This document shows, piece by piece, positions 28,387 through 38,817 of a DNA stretch of 64,000 nucleotides. The notes beneath the pieces were generated by a model. It was not told where the DNA came from. It worked only from the letters and a program-made list of their open reading frames with translations, and made no database searches. The number at the start of each line of letters is the position of its first letter. Position 1 is the stretch's first letter. Origin of the DNA: an uncultured Bacillota bacterium (GTDB taxonomy: Bacteria; Sysuimicrobiota; Sysuimicrobiia; Sysuimicrobiales; Segetimicrobiaceae); assembly GCA_963804645.1 (NCBI GenBank), contig CAWDRG010000005.1:192001-256000 (forward strand). Reading direction: 5' to 3'. Both the position numbers and the translations under genes were made by a program.

Positions 28387-29052
28387 CTACCGGCGCGGTC
28401 CCCGTCCGTCTCCACCGTCTTGGGTGGCCGCGATCTCACGCTGCCGCTGCACGGCCACGTCGACGAGCCACTGCGGGTCCTCGTAGACATAGTCCTTCCG
28501 CAGCGGGTGGCCCTTCCAATCCTCGCTCATGAGAATGCGCCGCAGATCCGGGTGCCCGTCGAACGTCAGGCCGAACAGGTCGTAGGCTTCCCGCTCGTGC
28601 CAGTCGGCGCCGACCCACACCTCGACGACCGATGGCACGTGGGCGTCGTCCTTGGGCACCGCCACTTTGAGCGTCACCCCGTGATGCCGTGCGACGGAGC
28701 TGAGGGCGTACACGATCTCGAACCGGTCCGGCCAGTCCACCGCCGAGACGAACTCGAGCGCGGCCATGTCGAACTCGGGGTTGTCGCGGAGCCACCGGCA
28801 GACGTCGCGCAGCTCCTCACGCGCCACCTGAAAGGTCGGTACCTGGTAGCGGTACGCGGGCGCATCCTCGCGGCGCAGCGGGCGCGGCGCCGGCTTGCCC
28901 TCGGCCTTCGCCGCGTCGGCCGCCACCTTCCACTCCTGCTCCTTGCCCGCCCAGGCGGCGTCCGCCTGCGCGTCCGCCGCCCGCTGCTCCGCGACCAGAT
29001 CCCGGACACGCGGGAACCGCTCGAGGAACTGCGCGATCCGCTCCGGGATCAC
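28387..29052 (-). CDS. nuoC: NADH-quinone oxidoreductase subunit C
   Basis: SAVDW, ADWHEREAYDLFG, GHPDLRRIL, GHPLRKDY; GTGA overlap with nuoI. Confidence 0.92.
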   Translation of the reverse strand: MIPERIAQFLERFPRVRDLVAEQRAADAQADAAWAGKEQEWKVAADAAKAEGKPAPRPLRREDAPAYRYQVPTFQVAREELRDVCRWLRDNPEFDMAALEFVSAVDWPDRFEIVYALSSVARHHGVTLKVAVPKDDAHVPSVVEVWVGADWHEREAYDLFGLTFDGHPDLRRILMSEDWKGHPLRKDYVYEDPQWLVDVAVQRQREIAATQDGGDGRGPRR

Positions 29053-29522
29053 GAGCGGCGCCGTCCGACGATCCCGGTCGCGATCGGTTCCTTGGGAGCC
29101 GCCCGGTTCAGGTCCTCGTGCGAGTACAGGAGGCGCGCGCGGTTGTACGTCGACGTCTCGTACTGCGGCACGAACACGATCGCCTCGGTCGGGCACACCT
29201 CCACGCAGAGACCGCAGAAACAGCATTTGTCGATCTCGATGTCGAACCGGCTCAGCTGCCGCTCCTTGCCCTTGCCTTCCGCCTCGATGTGGATGCACCG
29301 GTCGGGACAGATGCGCTCGCACTGGAAGCAGATGATGCAGCGGTCTTTCCCGGTCTCGGGGTCGATCGGCAGCGACAGCAGCCCGTGGAACCGGTTGGAG
29401 GTCCCGAGCTTTTCAAGCGGATACCGCACGGTGATCTTTGGGCGGAACATCGTCCGAAAGGTCAGGCTCAGCCCCGTCGTCAGCGCGGTGGCTCCTCGAA
29501 ACACCCGCTCAGCAACCCCCAT
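29049..29522 (-). CDS. nuoI: NADH-quinone oxidoreductase subunit I
   Basis: CIICFQCERICP and CCFCGLCVEVCP. Confidence 0.93.
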   Translation of the reverse strand: MGVAERVFRGATALTTGLSLTFRTMFRPKITVRYPLEKLGTSNRFHGLLSLPIDPETGKDRCIICFQCERICPDRCIHIEAEGKGKERQLSRFDIEIDKCCFCGLCVEVCPTEAIVFVPQYETSTYNRARLLYSHEDLNRAAPKEPIATGIVGRRRS

Positions 29523-29540
29523 CGCGCGCCTCCATCCCGA

Positions 29541-30644
29541 TCACCGATCCACGTCGGACAGCACGATATCCGTGCTGCCGAGGATCGCGATGACGTCGGC
29601 CACTTTCCACCCCTTCATCATCTCCGTGAGCGCGTACAGATTGCTGAACGACGGCGCCCGGATCTTCACCCGGTAGGGCGTCTCCCCGCCGTCGCTGACC
29701 ACGTACATGCCGAGCGTGCCCCGCGGGGATTCCGTGCGGACGTACACTTCGCCGCGCGGCGGCTTCATCGTCGTCGGCACGCGGGTGCGGAACTCCCCAT
29801 CCGGTAGATCATGCAGCGCCTGGCGCACGATGCGGATCGACTGCCGCATCTCCTCCATCCGCACCAAGTACCGGGCGTAGCAGTCGCCCTCGGTGCGCAC
29901 CGGCACGTCGAAGTCCACGCGGTCGTACACCTCGTAGGGGGCCGCCTTCCGGACGTCGTAGGCGATGCCGCTGGCGCGGGCGACCGGCCCGGAGGCGCCC
30001 ATCGCGATGGCGTCCCGGCGGCTGATCACGCCCACGCCCCGGCTGCGCGCTTCGAAGATCGGGTTCTGGGTCAGCAGCGCATGATACTCGTCGACGTGGG
30101 GCACGAAGTAATCCAGGAAGCCGCCGCAGGCCCCGGTCCATCCCTCCGGCAGATCCGTCACCACGCCGCCGATCCGGAAGTACACGTGGTGCAGCCGGCC
30201 GCCGGTCACCTGCTCGAACAGGTCGAGAATTCGCTCGCGCTCCCGGAAGCACCACAGGAACACGGTGGTCGCGCCCAGATCGAGGCCCCACGTGCCGAGC
30301 CAGACGAGATGGCTCGCGAGCCGGTTGAGTTCCTGGAGGATCACCCGGATGTACCGCCCGCGCGCCGGCACCTCCACCTGGGCCAGCTGCTCCACCGCCA
30401 GGCAGTACGCGGCCTCGTTGTTCAGCGCGGCGAGGTAGTCCATGCCGCGGTCGGTCAGCGCCACGTTCTGGACGTACGTGCGATGCTCCATCATCTTCTC
30501 GACCGAGGAATGGAGGTAGCCGATGTCGGGCCGGACGTCGCGGATGTTCTCCCCGTCGAGGGTCACGACGAGACGCAGCACGCCGTGCGTGCTGGGGTGC
30601 TGCGGCCCCATATTGAGCATCAGCTCTTCGGTCCGAAGCGCCAC
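29541..30644 (-). CDS. nuoD: NADH-quinone oxidoreductase subunit D
   Basis: NMGPQHPSTHGVLR, ESPRG, DIVLSDVDR; no NiFe CxxC pairs. Confidence 0.95.
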   Translation of the reverse strand: MALRTEELMLNMGPQHPSTHGVLRLVVTLDGENIRDVRPDIGYLHSSVEKMMEHRTYVQNVALTDRGMDYLAALNNEAAYCLAVEQLAQVEVPARGRYIRVILQELNRLASHLVWLGTWGLDLGATTVFLWCFRERERILDLFEQVTGGRLHHVYFRIGGVVTDLPEGWTGACGGFLDYFVPHVDEYHALLTQNPIFEARSRGVGVISRRDAIAMGASGPVARASGIAYDVRKAAPYEVYDRVDFDVPVRTEGDCYARYLVRMEEMRQSIRIVRQALHDLPDGEFRTRVPTTMKPPRGEVYVRTESPRGTLGMYVVSDGGETPYRVKIRAPSFSNLYALTEMMKGWKVADVIAILGSTDIVLSDVDR

Positions 30645-30704
30645 CGCGTGACCTCCCTGCCTCCGACCTTGCCGATCGACCGCCGCGCGGGGCGCGGCGC
30701 GGCC

Positions 30705-31310
30705 CTACCGCGGACCGGCCTGCGACTCGAGCGCGGCGAACGCCTGCCGGCGCAGAAACGGCTCGACCTTGATGCGCTCCTGGAGCTTCAGGATGCCCTC
30801 GATCAGCGCCTCGGGCCGCGGGGGGCACCCCGGCACGTACACGTCCACCGGGACGACCTGGTCGATGCCCTTCAGGATCGAGTAGTTGTCGTAGAAGAAC
30901 GGCCCGCCGCACGTCGCGCACGAACCCATCGAGATCACGTAGCGCGGTTCCGGCATCTGCTCCCAGAGCCGGCGGACGATCGGCGCCATCTTGATCGAGC
31001 AGCGGCCGGCGACGATCATCAGGTCGGCCTGGCGCGGGGTCGCGCGGGGGATGACGCCCATGCGGTCGAGATCGAAGCGGCTCGCGAACGCCGCCATCAT
31101 CTCGATGGCGCAGCACGCGAGCCCAAACGTCAACGGCCACAGCGACGACGCGCGCCCCCAGTTGAGGGCGCCTTCGATGGTCGTCAACACCAACCCGCCC
31201 CCAGGCACGCTGTCCAGGATCTCCACGGCCTGCGCCATCGGGGCGATCCTGCTGCGGACGGGCGGGGACCCGGGGACACCCGGCACGAGCGGCACGTCGG
31301 TCGACATCAC
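30705..31310 (-). CDS. nuoB: NADH-quinone oxidoreductase subunit B
   Basis: [29 protein letters not shown]. Confidence 0.95.
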   Translation of the reverse strand: MMSTDVPLVPGVPGSPPVRSRIAPMAQAVEILDSVPGGGLVLTTIEGALNWGRASSLWPLTFGLACCAIEMMAAFASRFDLDRMGVIPRATPRQADLMIVAGRCSIKMAPIVRRLWEQMPEPRYVISMGSCATCGGPFFYDNYSILKGIDQVVPVDVYVPGCPPRPEALIEGILKLQERIKVEPFLRRQAFAALESQAGPR

Positions 31311-31382
31311 GCCTCCTGCACCACGAAGTCCACGATCACCCTAGCATCAGGACAGCGCACCTGCAATCGCGCTCCGGTGCGG

Positions 31383-31814
31383 CTACGACGCGGGGGGCAC
31401 CTCCTCAAGCGCCATCTCGAACGTGATCCAGGGCAGCGTCGCGCATTTCACCCGCACCGGAAACTTGCGGACGCCCTGCAGCGCCTCGAGGTCGCCGAGC
31501 CCCTCCGGCGGAATGGGGTCGCCGTGCATCATCGCCTTAAAGGCGGCGATCAACCGCGCCGCGTCTTCGACGCGCTGCCCCTTCAGCTGCTCGGTCATCA
31601 TCGAGGCGGAGGCCTGGCTGATCGAGCAGCCCTTGCCGTCGAACCGGACATCTTCCACGATCCCGTTGCGCACCCGCAGCGACACGCGGATCTCGTCCCC
31701 GCAGAGCGGGTTCGTGCCCTCGCGGGTGACGTCCGCGGGATTCGCCACGCCCTTGTTGCGGGGGTGGCTATAGTGGTCGAGGATGACCTCGCGGTACAGA
31801 TCGTCAAGCGACAC
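31383..31814 (-). CDS. sufU: SufU sulfur-transfer/scaffold protein
   Basis: LYREVILDHY, NPLCGD, GCSISQAS, RVKCATL. Confidence 0.95.
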   Translation of the reverse strand: MSLDDLYREVILDHYSHPRNKGVANPADVTREGTNPLCGDEIRVSLRVRNGIVEDVRFDGKGCSISQASASMMTEQLKGQRVEDAARLIAAFKAMMHGDPIPPEGLGDLEALQGVRKFPVRVKCATLPWITFEMALEEVPPAS

Positions 31815-33030
31815 GGAACAGCTCCCTCACCCGGCCCAGCGCGCCGATCAGCGCGTCGATCTCCTCGGGAATGGTGTACACGTAGAAGCTCGCGCGGGCG
31901 GACGCGCCGATGCCGAGCTTGCGGTGCAGCGGCTTTGTGCAGTGATGTCCCGCGCGCACGCAGATCCCTTCCCCGTCGAGCACCTGCGCGATGTCGTGCG
32001 GGTGCACGCCGTCCATCGAAAACGCCACGACCCCGCCGCGGTCGCCGCTCTGCGGCCCGAGCAGTTGAATCCCCGGCACCTCGCGCAGGCGCGCCATCGC
32101 GTACGCGGTGATCTCGCGCTCGTGCGCCGCGACGGCCTCCATGCCGAGCCGCTCCAGGTACTCGACGGCGGCCCCGAGCGCGACCGCCCCGGCCGCGTTG
32201 GGCGTCCCGGCTTCGAACTTCCAGGGCAGTTCGTTCCACGTGGCGTGATCGAGCCAGACGTCGCTGATCATTTCGCCGCCGCCGAGAAACGGCTCCATGC
32301 GCTCGAGGAGGTCGCGGCGGCCCCAGAGCACGCCGATGCCCATCGGCGCCAGCATCTTGTGCCCGGTGAATCCGAAAAAGTCGCAGCCGAGCGCCTGCAC
32401 GTTCACCGGCCGATGCGGCGCGCTCTGCGCGCCGTCGACCACGACGACCGCCCCCTGCGCGCGGGCCGCGCGGGCGATCTCCGCGACGGGGTTGACGGTC
32501 CCCAACGTGTTGCTGATGTGGGTCACGGCCACGAGCTTCGTCCGCTCGGTCAAGAGGCGCCGGAACTCGTCCATCTCGAGCCGGCCCTCCTCATCGAAGG
32601 GGACATGCCGGAGGCGCGCGCCGCGCTCCTGTGCCACAAACTGCCAGGGCACGAGGTCGCTGTGATGCTCCATCTCGGTCAGCAGGATCTCGTCGCCGGC
32701 GCCGACGTGGCGCCGGCCCCACGAGTACGCGACGAGGTTCAGCGCCTCGGTGACGTTGCGCGTGAAGATGATCTCCTCCGGTCCCGCGGCGCCGATGAAC
32801 CGGGCGATCGTCGCGCGGGCCGCCTCGTAGGCCTCGGTCGCGCGCTCGGCGATCGAGTACACGCCGCGGTGCACGTTGGCGTTGTACTCCTCGTAGAAGC
32901 GGAGATAGGCGTCCAGCACCTGGCGCGGCTTCTGGGAGGTCGAGGCACTGTCCAGATACACGAGCGGCTTCCCGTGGACGCGCTGCGCGAGGATCGGGAA
33001 GTCATCGCGAATCGTTCGGGAGATCGCCAT
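31804..33030 (-). CDS. sufS: Cysteine desulfurase
   Basis: YLDSASTSQKP, TGHKM, EAGTP, RAGHHC. Confidence 0.96.
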   Translation of the reverse strand: MAISRTIRDDFPILAQRVHGKPLVYLDSASTSQKPRQVLDAYLRFYEEYNANVHRGVYSIAERATEAYEAARATIARFIGAAGPEEIIFTRNVTEALNLVAYSWGRRHVGAGDEILLTEMEHHSDLVPWQFVAQERGARLRHVPFDEEGRLEMDEFRRLLTERTKLVAVTHISNTLGTVNPVAEIARAARAQGAVVVVDGAQSAPHRPVNVQALGCDFFGFTGHKMLAPMGIGVLWGRRDLLERMEPFLGGGEMISDVWLDHATWNELPWKFEAGTPNAAGAVALGAAVEYLERLGMEAVAAHEREITAYAMARLREVPGIQLLGPQSGDRGGVVAFSMDGVHPHDIAQVLDGEGICVRAGHHCTKPLHRKLGIGASARASFYVYTIPEEIDALIGALGRVRELFRVA

Positions 33031-33041
33031 GGCTGGGCCTC

Positions 33042-33386
33042 CTACCGCCGGTGCGGCACCCCGCTCGTCGTCTGCGCGTCGGGCGAGATCAGGACCGCGT
33101 CCCCTTCCACCCGCACCGGGTAGACCGCCACCGACCGCACCGCCGGCAGCGACAGCACCCGGCCGGTCTTCACGTTGAAGCGCGACCCGTGCTTGGGGCA
33201 CACGACGATGTCCCCGACGATGCCGCCCTCGGCCAGGGACGCGTCCTCGTGCGTGCAGGTATCGTCGATCGCGTAGAACTGCCCGTCCACGTTGGCCAGC
33301 GCCACCCGGTGCCCCTCGACGTCGACCCGCACCACCGACCCGGGCGGGACGTCCGAGGCGCGCGCCACGCGCACAAACTCGCTCAC
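33042..33386 (-). CDS. Rieske-type ferredoxin
   Basis: DTCTHE...VCPKHGSRF. Confidence 0.9.
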   Translation of the reverse strand: MSEFVRVARASDVPPGSVVRVDVEGHRVALANVDGQFYAIDDTCTHEDASLAEGGIVGDIVVCPKHGSRFNVKTGRVLSLPAVRSVAVYPVRVEGDAVLISPDAQTTSGVPHRR

Positions 33387-34714
33387 ACGTAGTCCCCCAT
33401 TTTCTGCTCGATCGCGCGGGAGAGCCGCTCGCGGATCATCTCGAGCGGGATCCGGTCGAAGATCTCCGCGAAAAACCCGTCGACCATCATGCGCACCGCC
33501 GCGGCGCGCCGGAGCCCGCGGCTCATCAGATAGAAGATCTGCTCCTCGTTGAGTCGGCTCGTGCTCGCGCCGTGCGTGCAGCGGAGGTCGTTCGCGAGGA
33601 TCTCGAGCTTCGGCATGCTGTCCGCGCGGGCGCCCTCCGAGAGGATCAGGTTGCGGTTCAGCTGGAACGCGTTGGTCTTCTGGGCCCCCGCGTCCGCGCG
33701 AATCAGGCCCGAGAACACGGACCGGGCTTTGTCCTTCAGGGCGCCCTTGTACAGGAGATCGCTCGTGGTGCTCGGCGCCGCGTGCTCCTGCAGCGTGTGA
33801 TAGTCGAAGTGCTGGGTCCCGTCCCCGAACTGCACCCCGAGCATCTCCGAGGTGCCCCCCGGGGCGGCGAGCCGCGATTCGACGTTGGTCTTCACGAGCC
33901 CGGCCCCGAACGCCACCATCAGGCTGTTGACCGTCGCGTCGCGCTCGACGACCGTCCGCACCATCCCGGTCTCCCAGACGTTGCGGCCCCAATCCTCCAG
34001 GTTCACGTAGCGCAGCTGGGCCCCGGCCTTGGGAATCAGCTCCACGACGGGATTGACGAGCGTGCGCGCGCGCCCCTCCGTGGACTGGGACAGCTCGACG
34101 AGCGTGACCCGGCTCCGCGCGCCGGCGACGACGAGCGTGTGGGGCGAATACAGCACGCCGTCGCGGTCCAGGTGGGTCGCGGTCACGAGCGGCAGATCGA
34201 CCTCGACATCGTCCGGCACATACAGAAACGTCCCCCCGGCCCACAGCGCCCCGTGCAGCGCCCGATACTTGTTCTCGTCGTCCCGGACGATGCTGCCGAA
34301 ATGCGGCCGGACGAGGTCGCCGTGCGAGCGCACCGCGTCGGCGAGCGACGTGAACACGATCCCCTGCGCCGCGAGCTCGGGCGCCACGCGCGCCTGCACC
34401 TCGATGCCGTTCACGACAAACCGGATCGCGGAGGCCCCGAGCGGATCGCCCACGAGCCGCAGCAGCGCCTCGGGGGGCTTCTCCCGCCGCGGCGCGCCGC
34501 CGCCCAGCGGCACGAGCGCGTCGAGGTCGAGCGCGCTCAGGTCCGTCCGCCGCCACTCCTCGTCGGCCGACGGCGGCAGCGGCAGGCGGAGGAACGCCTC
34601 CCACGCCGCGGCACGGCGCTCGCGCAGCCACCCCGGCTCATGGGCCTCCGCCGAGCGCTGCTCGACGACCTCCCGGCTGAGCGTGCTGTTGGTCACCTGA
34701 TGCGGATCGCTCAC
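33383..34714 (-). CDS. sufD: Fe-S assembly protein SufD
   Basis: EEWRRTD, PKLEILANDLRCTHGAS, FYLMSRG. Confidence 0.95.
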   Translation of the reverse strand: MSDPHQVTNSTLSREVVEQRSAEAHEPGWLRERRAAAWEAFLRLPLPPSADEEWRRTDLSALDLDALVPLGGGAPRREKPPEALLRLVGDPLGASAIRFVVNGIEVQARVAPELAAQGIVFTSLADAVRSHGDLVRPHFGSIVRDDENKYRALHGALWAGGTFLYVPDDVEVDLPLVTATHLDRDGVLYSPHTLVVAGARSRVTLVELSQSTEGRARTLVNPVVELIPKAGAQLRYVNLEDWGRNVWETGMVRTVVERDATVNSLMVAFGAGLVKTNVESRLAAPGGTSEMLGVQFGDGTQHFDYHTLQEHAAPSTTSDLLYKGALKDKARSVFSGLIRADAGAQKTNAFQLNRNLILSEGARADSMPKLEILANDLRCTHGASTSRLNEEQIFYLMSRGLRRAAAVRMMVDGFFAEIFDRIPLEMIRERLSRAIEQKMGDYV

Positions 34715-34777
34715 GTGTCCCCTCCGTCCCGTGTGGCCGCGCGCACCACGAGGTGGCTGCGCCGCGGACCGACGGTC

Positions 34778-34809
34778 GGGGAGGGCAGGGCGGACGCCCT
34801 GCCCTCCCC
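34778..34809. repeat. Perfect GC-rich hairpin in the sufB-sufD spacer
   Basis: GGGGAGGGCAGGGC-GGAC-GCCCTGCCCTCCCC. Confidence 0.7.
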
Positions 34810-34866
34810 ATCGCCTTCACCGTCGTGTCGCCGCGCGTACGGGCGCGGCCGCCCGGGGGCGCGGTC

Positions 34867-36276
34867 CTAGCCGACCGAGCCCTCCATCTCAAGCTGGATC
34901 AGGCGGTTGAGCTCGACGCTGTACTCCATCGGCAGCTCGCGGGAAATCGGCTCGATGAAACCGCGCACGATCATGCTCATCGCCTCGTCCTGATTGATAC
35001 CGCGGCTCATCAGGTAGAACAGCTGCTCGTCGGAGACCTTGGACACCGTCGCCTCGTGCGTCACCTGCACGTCGTCCTCGTCGATCTCCATGGTCGGGTA
35101 CGTGTCGGACCGCGACTGATCGTCCAAGATCAGCGCGTCGCAGCGCACCGCGCACTTGCTCCCGTGGGCGCCCGGATACACCTTCACGAGGCCCCGATAG
35201 CCCGCTCGGCCGCCCGACTTGCTGATCGACTTGCTGACGACCGACGACTGGGTGTGCGGGGCGGCGTGGATCACCTTGCCGCCGGGATCCTGGTGCTGTC
35301 CCGCGCCGGCAAACGCGATCGACAGGATCTCCGCCTTGGCGCCCGGTTCCAGCATGTACACGCTGGGGTACTTCATCGTGAGCTTGCTGCCGAGGTTGCC
35401 GTCCACCCACTCCATCGTCGCGTCGCGATACGCCACCGCGCGCTTGGTCACGAGGTTGTACACGTTCTTCGACCAGTTCTGGATCGTCGTGTACCGGACG
35501 CGGGCGCCTTCCTTGACGATGATCTCCACCACGGCGCTGTGCAGCGAGTCGCTGGTGTAGGTCGGCGCGGTGCAGCCCTCGACGTAATGGACGTGCGAGC
35601 CGCGCTCGGCAATGATCAGCGTGCGCTCGAACTGCCCCATGTTCTGCGCGTTGATCCGGAAGTACGCCTGCAGCGGCACCGTGACGTGGACGCCCTCCGG
35701 CACATACACGAATGAGCCGCCGCTCCACGCCGCGCTGTTGAGCGCCGCGAACTTGTTGTCCTCCGGGGGCACGACGGTCCCGAAGTACTCCTTCACGATA
35801 TCCGGATATTCGCGCAGCGCGGAGTCCATGTCGAGGAAGACCACGCCCAGCTTCGTCCACTCCTCGCGGAGGCTGTGGTACACGACCTCGCTCTCGTACT
35901 GCGCGCCGACCCCGGCGAGGTATTTCTTCTCGGCCTCCGGGATGCCCAGGCGGTCGAACGTGCGCTTGATGTCCGGCGACACGTCGTCCCACGTCTTCCC
36001 CTGGTTCTCCATCGGCTTCATGTAGTAGTAGATGTCATCGAAATTGATCTCGCCCACGTTCCCGCCCCACGTCGGCATCGGCTTCTTGTCGAAGACGCCG
36101 AGCGAGTGGAGCCGGTAGGCCCGCATCCAGTCGGGCTCGCTCTTCATGTGGGAGATCTGCTCGATCACCCCGCGGTTCAGCCCCTTTTGGGCCTTGAACG
36201 CATAGGTGTCGTCACGGTCGTGGAACCCGTACTTGTACTGATCGAGATCGATGCCGAGCGGATTCACGACAGCCAC
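34867..36276 (-). CDS. sufB: Fe-S assembly protein SufB
   Basis: [34 protein letters not shown]; no intein. Confidence 0.97.
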   Translation of the reverse strand: MAVVNPLGIDLDQYKYGFHDRDDTYAFKAQKGLNRGVIEQISHMKSEPDWMRAYRLHSLGVFDKKPMPTWGGNVGEINFDDIYYYMKPMENQGKTWDDVSPDIKRTFDRLGIPEAEKKYLAGVGAQYESEVVYHSLREEWTKLGVVFLDMDSALREYPDIVKEYFGTVVPPEDNKFAALNSAAWSGGSFVYVPEGVHVTVPLQAYFRINAQNMGQFERTLIIAERGSHVHYVEGCTAPTYTSDSLHSAVVEIIVKEGARVRYTTIQNWSKNVYNLVTKRAVAYRDATMEWVDGNLGSKLTMKYPSVYMLEPGAKAEILSIAFAGAGQHQDPGGKVIHAAPHTQSSVVSKSISKSGGRAGYRGLVKVYPGAHGSKCAVRCDALILDDQSRSDTYPTMEIDEDDVQVTHEATVSKVSDEQLFYLMSRGINQDEAMSMIVRGFIEPISRELPMEYSVELNRLIQLEMEGSVG

Positions 36277-36304
36277 GGGCAGCCCCTCCTCTTAGTGCCT
36301 CACC

Positions 36305-37141
36305 TTAGTGCCTCACCCAGAACACCTTGCCGGCGCTCCGCACTTCGCCCTCGCCGACGACCTCCGCGGCCACACGCTCATACTGCGCCCGGATGCCGTC
36401 GTACCCGATCTGATCGAGCTCGTCCGCGAGATCCTTTTCCCCCGAGGTCACGATCCGCCCGTCGAACATCACGTGCACCCGGGTCGGATGGATGTACTTG
36501 AGGATGCGCGGGTAGTGCGTGATCACCAAGGCGCCCATCTTCCGGCCGGACGCCTCGTACATCTGGTTCACGCCGGCCGCCACGATCTTCACCGCGTCGA
36601 CGTCGAGCCCCGAGTCGGTCTCATCCATGATCGCGATCTCCGGCTCGAGGAGGGCCATCTGCAGGATCTCGGCCCGCTTCTTCTCGCCGCCGCTGAACCC
36701 CTCATTCACGTAGCGGCCGAGGACCGACGGATCCACCTGCAGCTCCGCCACCTTGGCGCGGATCAACTTCTGGAATTCCGCGAGGCTCATCAGCTGATCC
36801 TTGTCGAACCCGCGCCGCGCGCTGACGGCCGTTCGCAGGAAGCTGGCCATCGTCACGCCGGGGATCGTCACCGGGTACTGGAACGCGATAAAGAGGCCCT
36901 TGCGGGCCCGCTCGTCGGGCGCCATGGCCACGAGATCCTCGCCCTTGTACAGGATCTCGCCCTTGATCACCTGATAGAACGGGTTGCCCATCAGCACGTT
37001 GGCGAGCGTGCTCTTTCCGGAACCGTTCGGCCCCATCAGCGCATGGATCTCGCCGGTCCGGACCTCCAGATTGGCCCCTTTGAGGATGACCTTGTCCTCC
37101 ACCTGCGCCCACAGATCCTTGATCACGAGTTCGGCGCTCAT
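36305..37141 (-). CDS. sufC: Fe-S assembly ATPase SufC
   Basis: GPNGSGKST, FSGGEKKR, DETDSGLD; ATG 37141. Confidence 0.97.
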   Translation of the reverse strand: MSAELVIKDLWAQVEDKVILKGANLEVRTGEIHALMGPNGSGKSTLANVLMGNPFYQVIKGEILYKGEDLVAMAPDERARKGLFIAFQYPVTIPGVTMASFLRTAVSARRGFDKDQLMSLAEFQKLIRAKVAELQVDPSVLGRYVNEGFSGGEKKRAEILQMALLEPEIAIMDETDSGLDVDAVKIVAAGVNQMYEASGRKMGALVITHYPRILKYIHPTRVHVMFDGRIVTSGEKDLADELDQIGYDGIRAQYERVAAEVVGEGEVRSAGKVFWVRH

Positions 37142-37230
37142 CCGTCCCTCCGCCTGAAGACCCGCTCGGACCGGGCCGGGACACCCCTTACCAGGCACCC
37201 CGGCTCAGGCACCCGACGCCTTGCTGCGGG

Positions 37231-37295
37231 ATTGTCGAGTAACCTAGTCATGTTTCCTGAATTCGAGTATAGCGACCGGTGTCCTGGATTGTCAA
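37231..37295 (-). promoter_or_regulatory. suf promoter with downstream IscR/Rrf2-like operator
   Basis: TTGACA (37295-37290), 18 nt, TATACT (37271-37266); AAACATGACTAGGTTACTCGACAAT at 37255-37231. Confidence 0.7.
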
Positions 37296-37403
37296 TCGAA
37301 GGGTTGCCTAACTTATCGTCTCCCGCGCCCGAGAGGCGCGTCGCGCCGGTGCGGCGAACCCGACACGGTCGAACGGCGGCACCACCACGGCACGGGAGGG
37401 CAC

Positions 37404-38225
37404 ATGGCGACTGACACGAGCACACTGCTGAGCACCGCGGTCGGGCGGCGGGTGTACGACCTCGAGCAGCCGCGCACGAGCCGCATGCCGATCCACCCGA
37501 ACCATCGGCCGGGGTACTTTTATCATCTGCATCGGCGCCACCGCGACGGCTACGACCCGGAGCATCTGGGCCCTCGCAGCGGGGCCTCCGGCACGCTGCT
37601 CATGATGGAGCACTCCGGCACGCACATCGACGCGCTCTCGCACCAGGCGGCGAATCTCACGCTCTACGGCGGGATCGAGGTCACCCCGAGCATCGAGACC
37701 GCGGCCGGATTCACCGCGCACGGCATCGAGACGATGGCGCCCATCGTCGCGCGCGGGGTGCTGCTCGACGTCGCCGCCACGCGCGGCGCAGATCCGCTCC
37801 CGCCCCACTACCGGATCACCGCCGACGATCTTGAGGCTGCGTCGAGCCGGGCCGGCGTGGCCGTGCGGCCGGGGGACGCTCTGCTCGTCCGCACCGGGTA
37901 TGCCAAACTCTGGGGCGACGAAGCGCGGTATCTCGCGGCCGCGGGCGTCAGCCGCGAGGGATCCCTCTGGGCCGCGCATCACCAGGTCGCGTATGTCGGG
38001 TGCGACAACATGGCCTGGGACGAGCCCGACGAGCGCGATCCCGACACGGGCGCCACGCTGTTCGGTCACCTGCACCTGCTGGCGCGATGCGGGATTCCGA
38101 TCATCGAAAATGTGACCCTGGAGGAATTGAGCCGGGACGGCCGCGCAGAGTTTCTCTTCGTGTGCCTGCCCCTGAAGTTCGTCGGCGCCACCGGCTCGCC
38201 GGTGCGGCCGATCGCGATCGCCTAG
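37404..38225 (+). CDS. Cyclase / kynurenine formamidase family metal hydrolase
   Basis: EHSGTHIDA, GDALLVRTG, IIENV, GATGSPVRP. Confidence 0.9.
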   Translation: MATDTSTLLSTAVGRRVYDLEQPRTSRMPIHPNHRPGYFYHLHRRHRDGYDPEHLGPRSGASGTLLMMEHSGTHIDALSHQAANLTLYGGIEVTPSIETAAGFTAHGIETMAPIVARGVLLDVAATRGADPLPPHYRITADDLEAASSRAGVAVRPGDALLVRTGYAKLWGDEARYLAAAGVSREGSLWAAHHQVAYVGCDNMAWDEPDERDPDTGATLFGHLHLLARCGIPIIENVTLEELSRDGRAEFLFVCLPLKFVGATGSPVRPIAIA

Positions 38226-38812
38226 GACGGACGCGATCCCCGAAGGCCGTCAACCGGCGCGCCCTCGATCGGCCACTCCGTGATATCGAACAGCGCGTCA
38301 AAGCCGTAGCCGGCGCTGATGATCCCTTCCCGGCCGCCCTCGTGCCGGTCGACCACGGCGAGAATCAGGGGGACGCGGGCTCCGGCCGCTTCCGCGACCC
38401 GGGCCGCCCGCAGCGCCTGCCCGCCCGTCGTCACCACGTCTTCCAGCACGACGGCTCGATCGCCGGCGTCGAGCTGCCCCTCCACCGTCCGCGCGGTGCC
38501 GTGGTCCTTGGCCTCCGGCCGCACAATCGCGAAGGGAATGCCGGTCTCCAAGGAGAGGGCGGTCGCCAGCGGTACGCCGCCGAGCGCCGGCCCGACCAAA
38601 CGGTTCACGTCGGCCGGAAGCGCCCGGGCGAGCAGGCGCGCGATGTCACGGAGCAGGTGGGGGTCGGTCTCGAATCGATACTTGTCGATGTAATAGGTGC
38701 TGCGGCGTCCGGAGCTCAGGGTAAACTCTCCCCGGAGAAAGGCGGCCCGCACGAGCCGCGCCCACGTGCGTTCGCGCAGCCGCTGCAGCAGGTCGTCTGG
38801 GATCCGCTCCAT
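38222..38812 (-). CDS. pyrE: Orotate phosphoribosyltransferase
   Basis: GEFTLSSGRRSTYYID, AKDHGT, VVLEDVVTTGG. Confidence 0.92.
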   Translation of the reverse strand: MERIPDDLLQRLRERTWARLVRAAFLRGEFTLSSGRRSTYYIDKYRFETDPHLLRDIARLLARALPADVNRLVGPALGGVPLATALSLETGIPFAIVRPEAKDHGTARTVEGQLDAGDRAVVLEDVVTTGGQALRAARVAEAAGARVPLILAVVDRHEGGREGIISAGYGFDALFDITEWPIEGAPVDGLRGSRPS

Positions 38813-38817
38813 CGATC

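Noticed and set aside
28387..31310. Group 4 NiFe hydrogenase
   Set aside because: The large subunit lacks both CxxC nickel-binding motifs and ends in the complex I-type DVDR.
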